Assembly (NCBI GenBank): GCA_033762115.1
Contig: JANRLX010000011.1
Span: forward strand, 1-48,898
Direction of reading: 5' to 3'
Source of the DNA: Verrucomicrobiota bacterium
GTDB lineage: Bacteria; Verrucomicrobiota; Verrucomicrobiia; Limisphaerales; SXQI01
DNA length: 48,898 nt
In this document: in pieces, positions 1 through 10,054 of the stretch
Layout of the letters: every line of letters begins with the position of its first letter
Numbering within the stretch: the first letter of the stretch is position 1
Position numbers and translations under genes: made by a program
The notes under the pieces: model-generated
Told to the model about the DNA's origin: nothing
The model's input: the letters and a program-made list of their open reading frames with translations, nothing else
Database searches by the model: none

Positions 1-246
1 AAATAGACCACGTATCCCTTCGAGAACCTGCACCGTTTCGTTGAAACGACGTTCCAGCAATGCTGTCGAATCGCTGACTATGGAATTGAAACGATAAGCT
101 TCCTTGGAGTGGACATTCGATCGTGCGCGGTAAAAGGCGATGCCAGCAGGAATAAACGTGATCAACAAGACGAGGTAAGCCAGTCCCATCCGGCGAAGAT
201 GGTCCCGCAACCTGACTATCAAAGCATGATCCAGTCTGATGAGCAT
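1..246 (-). CDS. N-terminal part of a membrane sensor protein, probably a CHASE-domain kinase or cyclase (runs off the window)
   Basis: Not in the ORF track. Manual translation from ATG at 246 is open to base 1: MLIRLDHALIVRLRDHLRRMGLAYLVLLITFIPAGIAFYRARSNVHSKEAYRFNSIVSDSTALLERRFNETVQVLEGIRGLF. A TM helix is followed by the RF...L..RF......L.G.RGLF pattern typical of CHASE-domain N-termini. Confidence 0.6.
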   Translation of the reverse strand, partial: MLIRLDHALIVRLRDHLRRMGLAYLVLLITFIPAGIAFYRARSNVHSKEAYRFNSIVSDSTALLERRFNETVQVLEGIRGLF

Positions 247-416
247 GTCCAGGGGCGCAACAGTGTGGAAATCCCTGCACCCAGATTAATCCGTGCAGCA
301 AGCAAATCACCGTTAGCTGCTGGCGGCCATTTCAAACATCGGCCAAATAGGGCCCAAACTTTAAGTTACAAGCACTTGACAGTGTCATCCGGGCCCTTTT
401 CCAGCTGAAAATCGTT

Positions 417-444
417 TTGGCATTTCGCCACGGCACGTTACTAT
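417..444 (+). promoter_or_regulatory. Putative sigma70 promoter of the dnaX operon
   Basis: TTGGCA (417-422), 16 nt, TACTAT (439-444), then an AGGA-containing RBS before ATG 461. Confidence 0.45.
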
Positions 445-460
445 GAAGGACAGGACACTC

Positions 461-2224
461 ATGTCATACCAGGTCATTGCCAGAAAGTACCGCCCTCAAT
501 GTTTTGAAGATGTTGTCGGCCAGGAGCATGTCACCCAGACGTTGCGTAATGCCATCCGGCAGAATCGGATTGCGCATGCCTATCTTTTCGTGGGCCCGCG
601 TGGGACCGGCAAAACGACGATTGCCCGAATTTTCGCGAAATGCCTGAATTGCACCGGTGGGCCCCTGGAATCGTTTCCGGCTGATGACCCGCGTTGCCGG
701 GAAATTACGGAGGGCCGCTCGCTGGATGTCCTTGAAATCGATGGTGCCTCAAATCGAGGTATCGAGGAGATTCGTGAACTGCGCGACACGGTCAAATACG
801 CCCCTGCCAGCTCAAAGTTCAAAATCTACATCATCGACGAAGTGCACATGCTGACGAAGGAAGCGTTCAATGCCCTTCTCAAGACTTTGGAAGAACCACC
901 GGAACATGTGAAATTCATGTTCGCCACCACTGAGCCGGACAAGGTCCTGCCCACGATTCTTTCCCGCTGCCAGCGGTTTGACCTGCGACGGATCCCATCC
1001 CTCCTGATCGTCAAGCATCTGGCTGAAATTGCGCAAAAAGAAGGCGTCCAAATCGAGGACGCCGCCCTTCATGCCATCGCCCGTGGCGCGGAAGGGGGAA
1101 TGCGGGATGCCGAATCCACCCTCGATCAATTGATCAGTTTCTGCGGAAATAAAATTGATGAGGCGGATGTGCTTTCAATGTTTGGATTGACTGCCAGGTC
1201 TCAGATTTTCGGGATGATGGAGGCCATTCTTGTGGGTGATGTCGAACGGGCATTACGGGATCTTAACGATCTCGCCAAAGGCGGAAAAGACCTCGGCCGG
1301 TTGCTCACTGATTTACTGCATCACGCTCGCAACCTGCTCATATACCTGGTTGCGAAGGGTGATTTGCAATTGATTGAAGCATCTGAAGCTGAAGCTGCGA
1401 TCCTGAAAACCGAGGCGGTACAAACCAGTGTGGAATCTGTGACCCGGATTCTGGAAATCCTGACCGAAGCAGAAGGTCGTTTGCGTGATGCGACGTCGAA
1501 AAAAATCCTTCTTGAAGTCACATTATTAAAGGCGATCCAGGCCCGGAACGCCGTCAGTCTTGATTCAGTACTCACCCGCTTGACCCAGTTGAGGGAGCAA
1601 GGCAGCGCCAATGGTGAAACGAAAATTCCCACTGCGCCTGTCCCACGTGCCACCGCAACGCACCCGGCTCCCGCTCCGGCGCGTTCAGCGGAAACTCCGA
1701 TGTTGAAAGACCAAGCCATCGATCCGGCAAGCCCGGTCAAGGAATCTTCAACGATGGAAGAAGCGCCGTTGCAGGATTTGTGGGTGAATCTCATGGAAGC
1801 CGTCGGGCGTGCCCGGCCATTGGCCAAAACTTACCTGGTCGAAGCATTTCCGGTTTCCTTTGCACGCGGTACTTTGACCATCGGGTTTGATCCTGAATTC
1901 GCAGATCACCTTAGCCTGGTCGACAACACCAATATTAAAACATTGCTTCAGACGAAGTTGATGGAGCTGGGGCATGCGCAGGTCACTGTTCGATTCATTC
2001 AGACCGAAGCTCCGGCAGGGCGGGTGGCCTTGAAAACAATCCCTTCGGCTGAGCCGGTGGAGGCACCTTCAGCCAAACTGACCCCTGCGAACGGAGGAAC
2101 TCCTGCTGCAAAAAAAGAAAAGGTTGTGCCCGTTCAGTTGAATCAGGATGATTTCAAAAACGACCCATTGATCAAAAAAGCATTGGAATTGTTCAAGGGA
2201 ACAATTGTGGAAGTCCGGGCCTAA
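461..2224 (+). CDS. dnaX: DNA polymerase III subunit gamma/tau
   Basis: MSYQVIARKYRP start, Walker A GPRGTGKTT, EIDGASNRGI, DEVHML, SRCQRF. Start 461 preferred over 443. Confidence 0.97.
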   Translation: MSYQVIARKYRPQCFEDVVGQEHVTQTLRNAIRQNRIAHAYLFVGPRGTGKTTIARIFAKCLNCTGGPLESFPADDPRCREITEGRSLDVLEIDGASNRGIEEIRELRDTVKYAPASSKFKIYIIDEVHMLTKEAFNALLKTLEEPPEHVKFMFATTEPDKVLPTILSRCQRFDLRRIPSLLIVKHLAEIAQKEGVQIEDAALHAIARGAEGGMRDAESTLDQLISFCGNKIDEADVLSMFGLTARSQIFGMMEAILVGDVERALRDLNDLAKGGKDLGRLLTDLLHHARNLLIYLVAKGDLQLIEASEAEAAILKTEAVQTSVESVTRILEILTEAEGRLRDATSKKILLEVTLLKAIQARNAVSLDSVLTRLTQLREQGSANGETKIPTAPVPRATATHPAPAPARSAETPMLKDQAIDPASPVKESSTMEEAPLQDLWVNLMEAVGRARPLAKTYLVEAFPVSFARGTLTIGFDPEFADHLSLVDNTNIKTLLQTKLMELGHAQVTVRFIQTEAPAGRVALKTIPSAEPVEAPSAKLTPANGGTPAAKKEKVVPVQLNQDDFKNDPLIKKALELFKGTIVEVRA

Positions 2225-2240
2225 TTTATTTTAAAATAGT

Positions 2241-2552
2241 ATGTCGAGTATCGGTAAATTGATGAAACAGGCGCAACGCATCCAGCGAAACATGGAAGCT
2301 GCGCAAACAGAGTTGGGCGCCAAAACAGTGGAAGGAAGCAGCGGCGGAGGCGTTGTTAAAGTCGTAGCCCGCTGCGACGGCACGCTGGCTTCCATCAAAA
2401 TTGATCCCCAGGCAGTGAACCCTGCTGATGTCCAGCTGTTGGAGGACATGGTGATTGCTGCGGCGAACAATGCCCTCACCCAGGCCAAGGAAATTTACAG
2501 CAGTGAAATGGGTAAAATCACCCAGGGCTTCAACATCCCCGGATTGATGTAA
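2241..2552 (+). CDS. ybaB: YbaB/EbfC nucleoid-associated protein
   Basis: MKQAQ..., GSSGGGVVKV, LLEDMVIAAANNAL; conserved position between dnaX and recR. Confidence 0.95.
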   Translation: MSSIGKLMKQAQRIQRNMEAAQTELGAKTVEGSSGGGVVKVVARCDGTLASIKIDPQAVNPADVQLLEDMVIAAANNALTQAKEIYSSEMGKITQGFNIPGLM

Positions 2553-2553
2553 C

Positions 2554-3162
2554 GTGGCTGCTCTTCCAGAGCCTCTGCAAAAACTGATCGCTTCACTGGC
2601 GCGCCTGCCCGGAATAGGTCCCCGTTCTGCAGAACGAATCGGGCTGCACCTGGTTCAAAGCGAAACCGCCTTTGTCGAAGCCCTGGCAGATGCCCTGCTC
2701 ACCGCGCGAAAGACTGTCTCCTTCTGCAATCTCTGCGGAGCATTAACCGAACGCCAACCGTGCAACATCTGCTCTGACATTCGACGCGACGGTTCAACCC
2801 TCTGCGTTGTCGAACGTGCTGTTGATGTACTGAGCCTGGACAAATCGGGTACTTATTCCGGAAAGTATCATGTTTTGGGCGGACGGATTTCTCCATTGAA
2901 CGGAATCGGGCCGGAGGATTTACGGATCGAGGAGTTGCTTCACCGCCTCGGGAAAGAATCGGTTCAGGAAGTGATTATTGCCCTGCCTGCCGACGTGGAA
3001 GGGGATGCCACGAGCCATTATCTGGCGAAGCTGCTCAAACCGCGCGGAGTGCGCATTTCCCGGATTGCGCAGGGCTTGCCAGCCGGTGCGGGTTTGGAGC
3101 ATGCCGATCAATTGACCCTTTCACGCGCATTGGAAGGACGGCGTGATTTTGCTGCCGAATGA
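2554..3162 (+). CDS. recR: Recombination mediator RecR
   Basis: HhH LPGIGPRSAER, C4 zinc finger CNLC...CNIC, YHVLGGRISPLNGIGPEDL, TOPRIM. Confidence 0.97.
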   Translation: MAALPEPLQKLIASLARLPGIGPRSAERIGLHLVQSETAFVEALADALLTARKTVSFCNLCGALTERQPCNICSDIRRDGSTLCVVERAVDVLSLDKSGTYSGKYHVLGGRISPLNGIGPEDLRIEELLHRLGKESVQEVIIALPADVEGDATSHYLAKLLKPRGVRISRIAQGLPAGAGLEHADQLTLSRALEGRRDFAAE

Positions 3163-3761
3163 GCGCCCACGCAGTCATTTTTGATCTTGGGAATGTGCTG
3201 CTCCATTTCGATTATTCGCGCGCGGCAGAAAAAATTGCGAAAAACTGCTCCATTCCTGAACAGGAACTCCTTCAACATCTGAACCAGTCCCCCCTGCTTC
3301 ACCGGTTTGAAACAGGCCACATAACCGCTGAAGAGTTCTTTAATGAAATTCGAGTGGCGAGTTGCTACTCCGGCACATTTGAGACCTTTGCCACTGAATT
3401 CGGCGATATTTTCTGGCCGGCGGAAGAGATGATCGCATTGAATGAACAGCTGCAAAGCGAAGGCATTCCCACTTACATTTTTTCAAATACCAGTCCTCTG
3501 GCGGTGGAACATATCCGGGAACAATATCCCTTTTTCCGCCACTTCAGCGGGTATGTGCTTTCATACGAACACAAGGCCATGAAGCCTGCCGCTGCCATCT
3601 ATGAAGTGGTGGAGTCGGTCACAGGCAAATCCGGTTCGCAACTGATCTATATTGATGATCGGGTGGAAAACACTGACGCCGGTGCGTTGCGTGGATGGAA
3701 TGTGATTCTTCACAAGTCCCCTGCCCTGACCATTCCACAAGTCCGCGCTTTACTGGGTTAG
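3159..3761 (+). CDS. HAD-family phosphatase (YihX-like)
   Basis: FDLGNVL motif I, SNT, KP, IDDR; ATGA overlap with recR. Confidence 0.88.
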   Translation: MSAHAVIFDLGNVLLHFDYSRAAEKIAKNCSIPEQELLQHLNQSPLLHRFETGHITAEEFFNEIRVASCYSGTFETFATEFGDIFWPAEEMIALNEQLQSEGIPTYIFSNTSPLAVEHIREQYPFFRHFSGYVLSYEHKAMKPAAAIYEVVESVTGKSGSQLIYIDDRVENTDAGALRGWNVILHKSPALTIPQVRALLG

Positions 3762-3897
3762 GGAAAGCACTAGTTGACTTCTCATCCTTCAGGTTTTCAC
3801 CCTGATGTCTCTGCATTAGGAGGAAATCAGGGCATTGCCGTTCTTGAGAATGCTCCCTTGTGTCTTAGCTTAAATTGATATGAGAGGAGAACGATTT

Positions 3898-5565
3898 ATG
3901 AAGGATAAGCCATTTGTGTTCAAAAGCCGTGTGCTTGTGCATACCTTGACGCTGGCAGGGACAATTTTCACCTGCGTGGCGCTTCAAGCCAACGAGCATG
4001 ATAACAAGGATCAACAACGGACAGCCGGAGCCCCTGGTTCCAGTGCATCCAGCAGCTCCAGACAGCTTGCTGATAAAGAAACCGACTTCGTGAAGGAAGC
4101 CCTCAAGGGCAACATGATGGAAATGAAGATGGGGCAGATGGGCGCTGACAAGGCCCAGAACCAGGAACTCAAGCAATTCGGCGAAACACTGGTCAAGGAT
4201 CATTCCAGGGCCAATGAAGAACTTCGCACAATCGCCCAGAAAAAAGGGGTGGAATTGCCAACTGAAGTTCACAAGAACCATGACAAGAAGATGGACAATC
4301 TCCCCGAACAAGCCGGGGCTGAATGGGACAAGGCGTTCGCCCGCCACATGGTGAAAGATCACAAGAAAGATATCAAAAAATATGAGCAGGCCTCCAGGGA
4401 CTGCAAAGATCAGGAGTTGAAGGCATACATTGACAAAACATTGCCCACACTCCGCCAGCATCTGCAAACCGCCCAAAGCATTGCTCGCAACCTCGGCGTT
4501 GATGTCACAAATATCGAAGCAGATGTTGATGCGTCTGGTTCTGCACCAGAAACCGAGACAGATCGAAGCAAGGACTCTTCCTCGATTCAATCTGACTCAT
4601 CGATTCGTGCAGATGTGGATGCCGATGTCGAAACGAGCTCCACTTTGAATCGGAATACCTCCGACGGCAAAACCCTTGGAATCGATTTCGACAGGAATCA
4701 ATCACAGGGGAGCAGCGCCACTGTTGAAACTTCCACAGGCAGTTCAGCTCAAGCCGAAGCAGATCTCGATGTGGATAATGACAAAAATGATGGAAAAACT
4801 CTTGGCATTGATTTTGATCGCAACCAATCCAGGGGAGCCAGCGCTGAAGTGGAAGTCGATGCAGACCGCTCAGCTTCTGCTGATGCCGATGTAAACCTTG
4901 ATACAGACAAGAACGACGGGAAGACCCTCGGAGTTGACCTGGATCGCAACCAGAGCCGCACTGATGTGGATGTTGATTCCAACGACGCTTCCATCAAAGC
5001 TGATGTTGATGTCGATACAGACAAAAACGACGGAGAAACGCTTGGGGTGAAAACCGAAGCCCACGATGGGGAAACTCTCGGTGTGGAAACCAAGGAAGGC
5101 GATGGCCGGACTCTTGGCATCAAGACTGTTCCAGGTGATGGTAAAACCCTTGGATTAAACACAAGCAAGACAGATGGAAAATTACTCGGCATTTTCCCCG
5201 CTCCTGGTCGCAACAATGATGCCGAGATTGAGGCCGACGCTGATGTCGATGTGGACAATGGACGTGTCAGCGCTGATGCGAGCGTGGATACCGATGCAAC
5301 AGGTGCTCCAGCCACCAGCAGCACAGAACGGAACAACAGCGCCGCGACTTCAACTGATGCTGACCAGCAACTGACCCTGGCTGAAGTGCCACAGGAAGTT
5401 CGCCGCAGTATTCAGGCCCAGGCAGGTACTCAGGATGTGCAAACCGTGAGAAAGCACAAAGAAAATGGGAAAGTCTGTTACGAAGTCGAAGTCCGCAAGG
5501 ATGGTCAGACCAAAACGCTCAAATTTGACGAGAAAGGCAAAATGAGCAACAAGGGCCAGAGCTAA
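3898..5565 (+). CDS. Secreted DUF4142 (ferritin-like) domain protein with an acidic repeat region and a C-terminal PepSY-like domain
   Basis: Signal peptide (...CVALQA). DUF4142 pattern FVKEA...E...G...KQFG..LVKDHS.ANEEL...MVKDHKKDI...LPTLRQHL. C-terminal LAEVPQEV...CYEVEV..DG....LKFD.KGK. GAGGAG RBS before 3898. Confidence 0.8.
   Translation: MKDKPFVFKSRVLVHTLTLAGTIFTCVALQANEHDNKDQQRTAGAPGSSASSSSRQLADKETDFVKEALKGNMMEMKMGQMGADKAQNQELKQFGETLVKDHSRANEELRTIAQKKGVELPTEVHKNHDKKMDNLPEQAGAEWDKAFARHMVKDHKKDIKKYEQASRDCKDQELKAYIDKTLPTLRQHLQTAQSIARNLGVDVTNIEADVDASGSAPETETDRSKDSSSIQSDSSIRADVDADVETSSTLNRNTSDGKTLGIDFDRNQSQGSSATVETSTGSSAQAEADLDVDNDKNDGKTLGIDFDRNQSRGASAEVEVDADRSASADADVNLDTDKNDGKTLGVDLDRNQSRTDVDVDSNDASIKADVDVDTDKNDGETLGVKTEAHDGETLGVETKEGDGRTLGIKTVPGDGKTLGLNTSKTDGKLLGIFPAPGRNNDAEIEADADVDVDNGRVSADASVDTDATGAPATSSTERNNSAATSTDADQQLTLAEVPQEVRRSIQAQAGTQDVQTVRKHKENGKVCYEVEVRKDGQTKTLKFDEKGKMSNKGQS
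4663..5208 (+). repeat. Intragenic protein repeat: 8 copies of DG[K/E/R][T/L]LG
   Basis: DGKTLG(I/V)D(F/L)DRNQS at 4663, 4789 and 4915 (126-nt period), then five 12-aa units starting at 5029. Confidence 0.85.
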
Positions 5566-5582
5566 GAAAGCGCTCTTTCAGC

Positions 5583-5611
5583 AAAGCCGCAGCGAAAGCT
5601 GCGGCTTTTTT
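5583..5611 (+). terminator. Intrinsic terminator
   Basis: AAAGCCGCAGC-GAAA-GCTGCGGCTTT followed by a T tract. Confidence 0.9.
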
Positions 5612-5663
5612 ATTTCCTTTTTTTGAAATAATCCCGATTCGGGGTTAGCTTGGAATAGGAGCA

Positions 5664-5858
5664 ATGATTATGAAAACGAAGAATCAAGATCCGGTTTCTC
5701 AACCCCCGACCTTTACTCCCGGAATTACCAGGGGCATGGTTCGCGAGCATGCGTTCCGCCTTTACAAAGGTAAACTGGAACGGGGTTTAACCCTGGAAGA
5801 CTGGGTTCTTGCAGAAAAAGACCTGGTGCAGCAGCAGATGCAGGAGCAAATGCCCTGA
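5664..5858 (+). CDS. Small DUF2934-like protein
   Basis: VREHAFRLY...G...EDWVLAEKDL matches the IR..AY.LW...DW..AE pattern; AGGAG RBS. Confidence 0.6.
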   Translation: MIMKTKNQDPVSQPPTFTPGITRGMVREHAFRLYKGKLERGLTLEDWVLAEKDLVQQQMQEQMP

Positions 5859-6605
<747 letters not shown>

Positions 6606-6619
6606 GCGTCCTCTTCCGG

Positions 6620-8533
6620 TTATTTGTAGGACCGCTGGGTCATTTTCAATTCTTCATACACAAGCGGTTCCTTGTGCATGATCGGCGTTTTGCCCGGCCC
6701 CTGGTATTCCCACGCAGCCACATAGGAATACTCTTCGTCGTTGCGCAACGCCTCGCCATCTTCAGTCTGGTATTCCACTCGAAAATGACCGCCGCACGAT
6801 TCACGTCGCTCAAGCGCATCACGACAGAGCAACTCCCCGAATTCGAGGAAATCGGCCACGCGCCCGGCATGTTCCAGGCTCTGGTTGAAGTCGCTTCCTT
6901 CACCGGGAACAACCACATTCTTCCAGAATTCCTCCTGCAATTCCGGGATACGGCGCAGGTTCTCATTCAAAGATTGTTCCGATCTGGCCATGCCGCAATT
7001 ATTCCACATCAATTTTCCAAGTTCCCGGTGGAACGAGGTGACAGTCCGTTTTCCCTTGATCGAAAGTAATTTTGAAACTCTCTGCTTCACTTCCTCCTCA
7101 ACCCTTTTGAATTCGGTGTGGGAAGTCGCAGGCCGCGCTATCTTGTTTGAGGCAAAGTAATGCCCGATCGTGTAGGGCAGGACGAAATAACCGTCCGCCA
7201 GCCCCTGCATCAAAGCGCTGGCTCCGAGGCGGTTTGCTCCATGATCAGAAAAATTCGCCTCTCCCAGGACAAACAAACCAGGGATGTTGCTCATCAAGTT
7301 GTAATCCACCCAAAGGCCACCCATTGTATAATGAACTGCCGGGTAGATCCGCATCGGGGTCTCATAAGCGCTCTCCCCTGTGATGGTTTGGTACATCGCA
7401 AAAAGATTGTCGTAACGCTCGCGAATGGTTTTCACTCCCAGCCGCTTGATCGCATCCGAAAAATCCAGATAAACACCGAGTCCTCCCGGACCCACGCCAC
7501 GACCATCATCACAGGCTTCCTTGGCGGCACGGGAAGAGATATCGCGCGGAGCCAGGTTGCCGTAACTGGGGTATTTTCGTTCCAGGAAATAATCCCGTTC
7601 CGATTCCGGAATTTCGTGGGAAGGACGTTTGTCTCCCCTTTGCTTCGGCACCCAAACGCGTCCATCATTCCGGAGTGATTCAGACATCAGTGTGAGTTTT
7701 GATTGATGCTCGCCACTGACTGGAATGCAGGTCGGATGTATCTGCGTATAGCATGGGTTGGCCATCGCAGCTCCCCGTTTATAAGCGCGCCAGATCGCTG
7801 TGACATTGCAGCCGCGGGCATTGGTGGACAAATAAAAGACATTGCTGTACCCGCCCGTCGCCAGCACCACCGCGTCTGCGGAATGAGAAGTCACTTCACC
7901 AGTGACCAGGTCGCGAACAAGAATCCCCTTGGCATGGCCATCCACCAACACGAGATCAAGCATCTCGGTGCGCGGATACATTTTCACTTTGCCCTGGCCA
8001 ATCTGCCGTTCCAAAGCCTGATACGCGCCAAGCAACAGTTGCTGTCCGGTCTGGCCTCGCGCATAAAAAGTCCGCGACACCTGCGCTCCACCGAAAGAAC
8101 GATTCGCAAGATACCCGCTATACTCCCGTGCGAAAGGAACACCCTGGGCGACGCATTGATCGATAATATTAACGCTTACCTGGGCCAGCCGATAAACGTT
8201 CGCCTCACGGGCACGGAAATCCCCCCCTTTGATCGTATCGTAAAAAAGCCGGTAAACACTGTCCCCATCGTTTTGATAATTTTTTGCCGCATTAATCCCA
8301 CCCTGCGCTGCGATGCTGTGGGCCCTGCGAGGGCTGTCCTGATAACAGAAGCATTTAACGCTGTACCCCAGTTCCGCCAGGGTGGCTGAAGCCGAGGCCC
8401 CGGCCAGCCCTGAACCGACCACAATAATTTCGAATTTACGTTTATTGGCTGGGTTGACCAATTTAAGGTCCAGGCGCGCCTTGTCCCACTTCTTCTCGAT
8501 GGGGCCGGAAGGAATTTTGGGGTCAAGCTTCAT
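6620..8533 (-). CDS. sdhA: Succinate dehydrogenase/fumarate reductase flavoprotein subunit
   Basis: [20 protein letters not shown] (covalent FAD His), [22 protein letters not shown]. Confidence 0.97.
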   Translation of the reverse strand: MKLDPKIPSGPIEKKWDKARLDLKLVNPANKRKFEIIVVGSGLAGASASATLAELGYSVKCFCYQDSPRRAHSIAAQGGINAAKNYQNDGDSVYRLFYDTIKGGDFRAREANVYRLAQVSVNIIDQCVAQGVPFAREYSGYLANRSFGGAQVSRTFYARGQTGQQLLLGAYQALERQIGQGKVKMYPRTEMLDLVLVDGHAKGILVRDLVTGEVTSHSADAVVLATGGYSNVFYLSTNARGCNVTAIWRAYKRGAAMANPCYTQIHPTCIPVSGEHQSKLTLMSESLRNDGRVWVPKQRGDKRPSHEIPESERDYFLERKYPSYGNLAPRDISSRAAKEACDDGRGVGPGGLGVYLDFSDAIKRLGVKTIRERYDNLFAMYQTITGESAYETPMRIYPAVHYTMGGLWVDYNLMSNIPGLFVLGEANFSDHGANRLGASALMQGLADGYFVLPYTIGHYFASNKIARPATSHTEFKRVEEEVKQRVSKLLSIKGKRTVTSFHRELGKLMWNNCGMARSEQSLNENLRRIPELQEEFWKNVVVPGEGSDFNQSLEHAGRVADFLEFGELLCRDALERRESCGGHFRVEYQTEDGEALRNDEEYSYVAAWEYQGPGKTPIMHKEPLVYEELKMTQRSYK

Positions 8534-8536
8534 AAC

Positions 8537-9229
8537 TTATTTCAGCACACCGAACAGCACCGCCAGTGGAATCGAGGCATACCCAAGGAAAATCACGATT
8601 GAAAACAGCCGCGCGAAATTACTGATCAATCCGGAATATTTCCGATTTTTCCACCCAAGAGATTGAAACATGCTTTGCAACCCATGGCTCAGGTGCAGGC
8701 AAAGCAGCGCCATCGCGATGAGGTAAAAAACGGAAACGATCACCTGACTGAACCCCAGGACAATCATTCGATACACATCAGGATGTCCTTTGGAATCCAG
8801 AAGCTGACCAAAATCCTTGCCGGTCAGATTTACCGCCGGGACCAGTGCGGTGTAATGAAGCAGGTGGTAAACGATAAATGCCGCAATGATCAACCCGCTC
8901 ATGAACATGGTCCGGGAAGCGTAGCTCGCGCCAACCGCTTTATATTCACCATAACCAATCGGCCGGGCAGCCTTGTTTTCAGCCGTCAGCCTGATTGCAG
9001 ACCAGATATGAAGCAGCACAACAACAAGCAAACCGAGCCGGGCGCCCCAAACCAGCAGCGGCTTGGATTTCAGAAAATGCCCATAATCATTGATCTGTTC
9101 ACTGCCCATAAAAACCTGGAGGTTTCCCAGGAGGTGCATGACCACGAAGCCGAATAAAAGTATGCCCGTGACCGCCATGACATACTTCTTGCCGAGAGAA
9201 GACGCGAAGAATGGTTTGAGTGTGTTCAT
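8537..9229 (-). CDS. sdhC: Succinate dehydrogenase cytochrome b558 subunit
   Basis: SSLGKKYVMAVTG, five TM helices, heme-ligand His residues (HLLGN, HI, HLLH, HLSHG). Confidence 0.94.
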   Translation of the reverse strand: MNTLKPFFASSLGKKYVMAVTGILLFGFVVMHLLGNLQVFMGSEQINDYGHFLKSKPLLVWGARLGLLVVVLLHIWSAIRLTAENKAARPIGYGEYKAVGASYASRTMFMSGLIIAAFIVYHLLHYTALVPAVNLTGKDFGQLLDSKGHPDVYRMIVLGFSQVIVSVFYLIAMALLCLHLSHGLQSMFQSLGWKNRKYSGLISNFARLFSIVIFLGYASIPLAVLFGVLK

Positions 9230-9382
9230 ACGTGATCAGCCCCTATGCAGTAGAAGCATTAGAAAACCGAATAGCACATGCATCACGCGTCATTGTGGAA
9301 GTAAATCTAATGACTGTTCCCTTCTCTCGTCAATCCCATCCGGCCAAGTATAACAGGCAACCCCTCATCCAATTAGCCAGAC

Positions 9383-10054
9383 TTATCCATCAACGAACAA
9401 TTCCTTCAAATTGTGCACTGTATCAGCATTTTTCGCCTTTTCATCATTCCCCCGATTGATCCACACCGCTCTCATTCCCACTTGCGCCGCCCCGGTCACA
9501 TCCTCCCGTAAACTGTCCCCAATATGCAACGCACATTCAGGATCCACTTTCAGGAGAGAAAGGGCGTGGTGAAAAATTTCAGGCGAAGGTTTCTGATGTC
9601 CCACATCCCGTGAAACAATAATGGCTTCGAAATAGCCATCCAGGTGCAAATCGCCAAGCAACGGTGCCAGCCGTTCATCCCAATTGGAAATGACTGCCAG
9701 GCGAAACCCGCGCGACCTTAAATTTTTCAAAGTCGGAAAAACGTCCGGAAAAATTTTCCACACCTCCGGTGCCTTGAAGGCATTGTAAATCATTTCAAAT
9801 AGTTCCGGAGTGATAGGGCCGGTTTGTTGAAACGTCGCTTCGACCACTGTTTTCCATTCAGGTATCGAATAAGCGAAATCCTGTTTACCTTTCCAGGCCG
9901 CTCGGAAGCCCTGGTCCAGTTGCGCCGGAGCCGCGCTGATACCAAATTGCTGCGCGACGGCAGAGTAGACGGCCCCCACTGATGGAAAAGGCTCGATCAG
10001 CGTCCCTCCTGCATCGAAGGTGATTGCTTCAATTCCGTGAAGCATTGCGAGCAT
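9383..10054 (-). CDS. HAD-IA family hydrolase (REG-2/HDHD3-like)
   Basis: FDAGGTL, ISNWD, KPSPEIF, HIGDSLREDV. Start at 10054 or 10045, overlapping the upstream stop. Confidence 0.88.
   Translation of the reverse strand: MLAMLHGIEAITFDAGGTLIEPFPSVGAVYSAVAQQFGISAAPAQLDQGFRAAWKGKQDFAYSIPEWKTVVEATFQQTGPITPELFEMIYNAFKAPEVWKIFPDVFPTLKNLRSRGFRLAVISNWDERLAPLLGDLHLDGYFEAIIVSRDVGHQKPSPEIFHHALSLLKVDPECALHIGDSLREDVTGAAQVGMRAVWINRGNDEKAKNADTVHNLKELFVDG

Noticed and set aside
109..408. 99-aa plus-strand ORF
   Set aside because: Overlaps the better-supported minus-strand sensor gene and the promoter region; no recognisable motif
247..460. Possible SRP RNA (ffs) or tRNA upstream of dnaX
   Set aside because: No SRP loop motif (CAGG..CGGAAGGAAGCAG) and no tRNA cloverleaf or T-loop found
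1499..2117. A7 runs in dnaX (1499-1505 and 2110-2116) as programmed -1 frameshift sites producing gamma
   Set aside because: The first would truncate the last helix of domain III. The second is only ~35 codons from the stop. Neither is the in-frame A_AAA_AAG plus hairpin of E. coli, and Lys codons explain both.
4663..5208. CRISPR array or DNA-level tandem repeat
   Set aside because: Repeats are in frame and synonymous-diverged, so they are protein repeats; no cas genes are present
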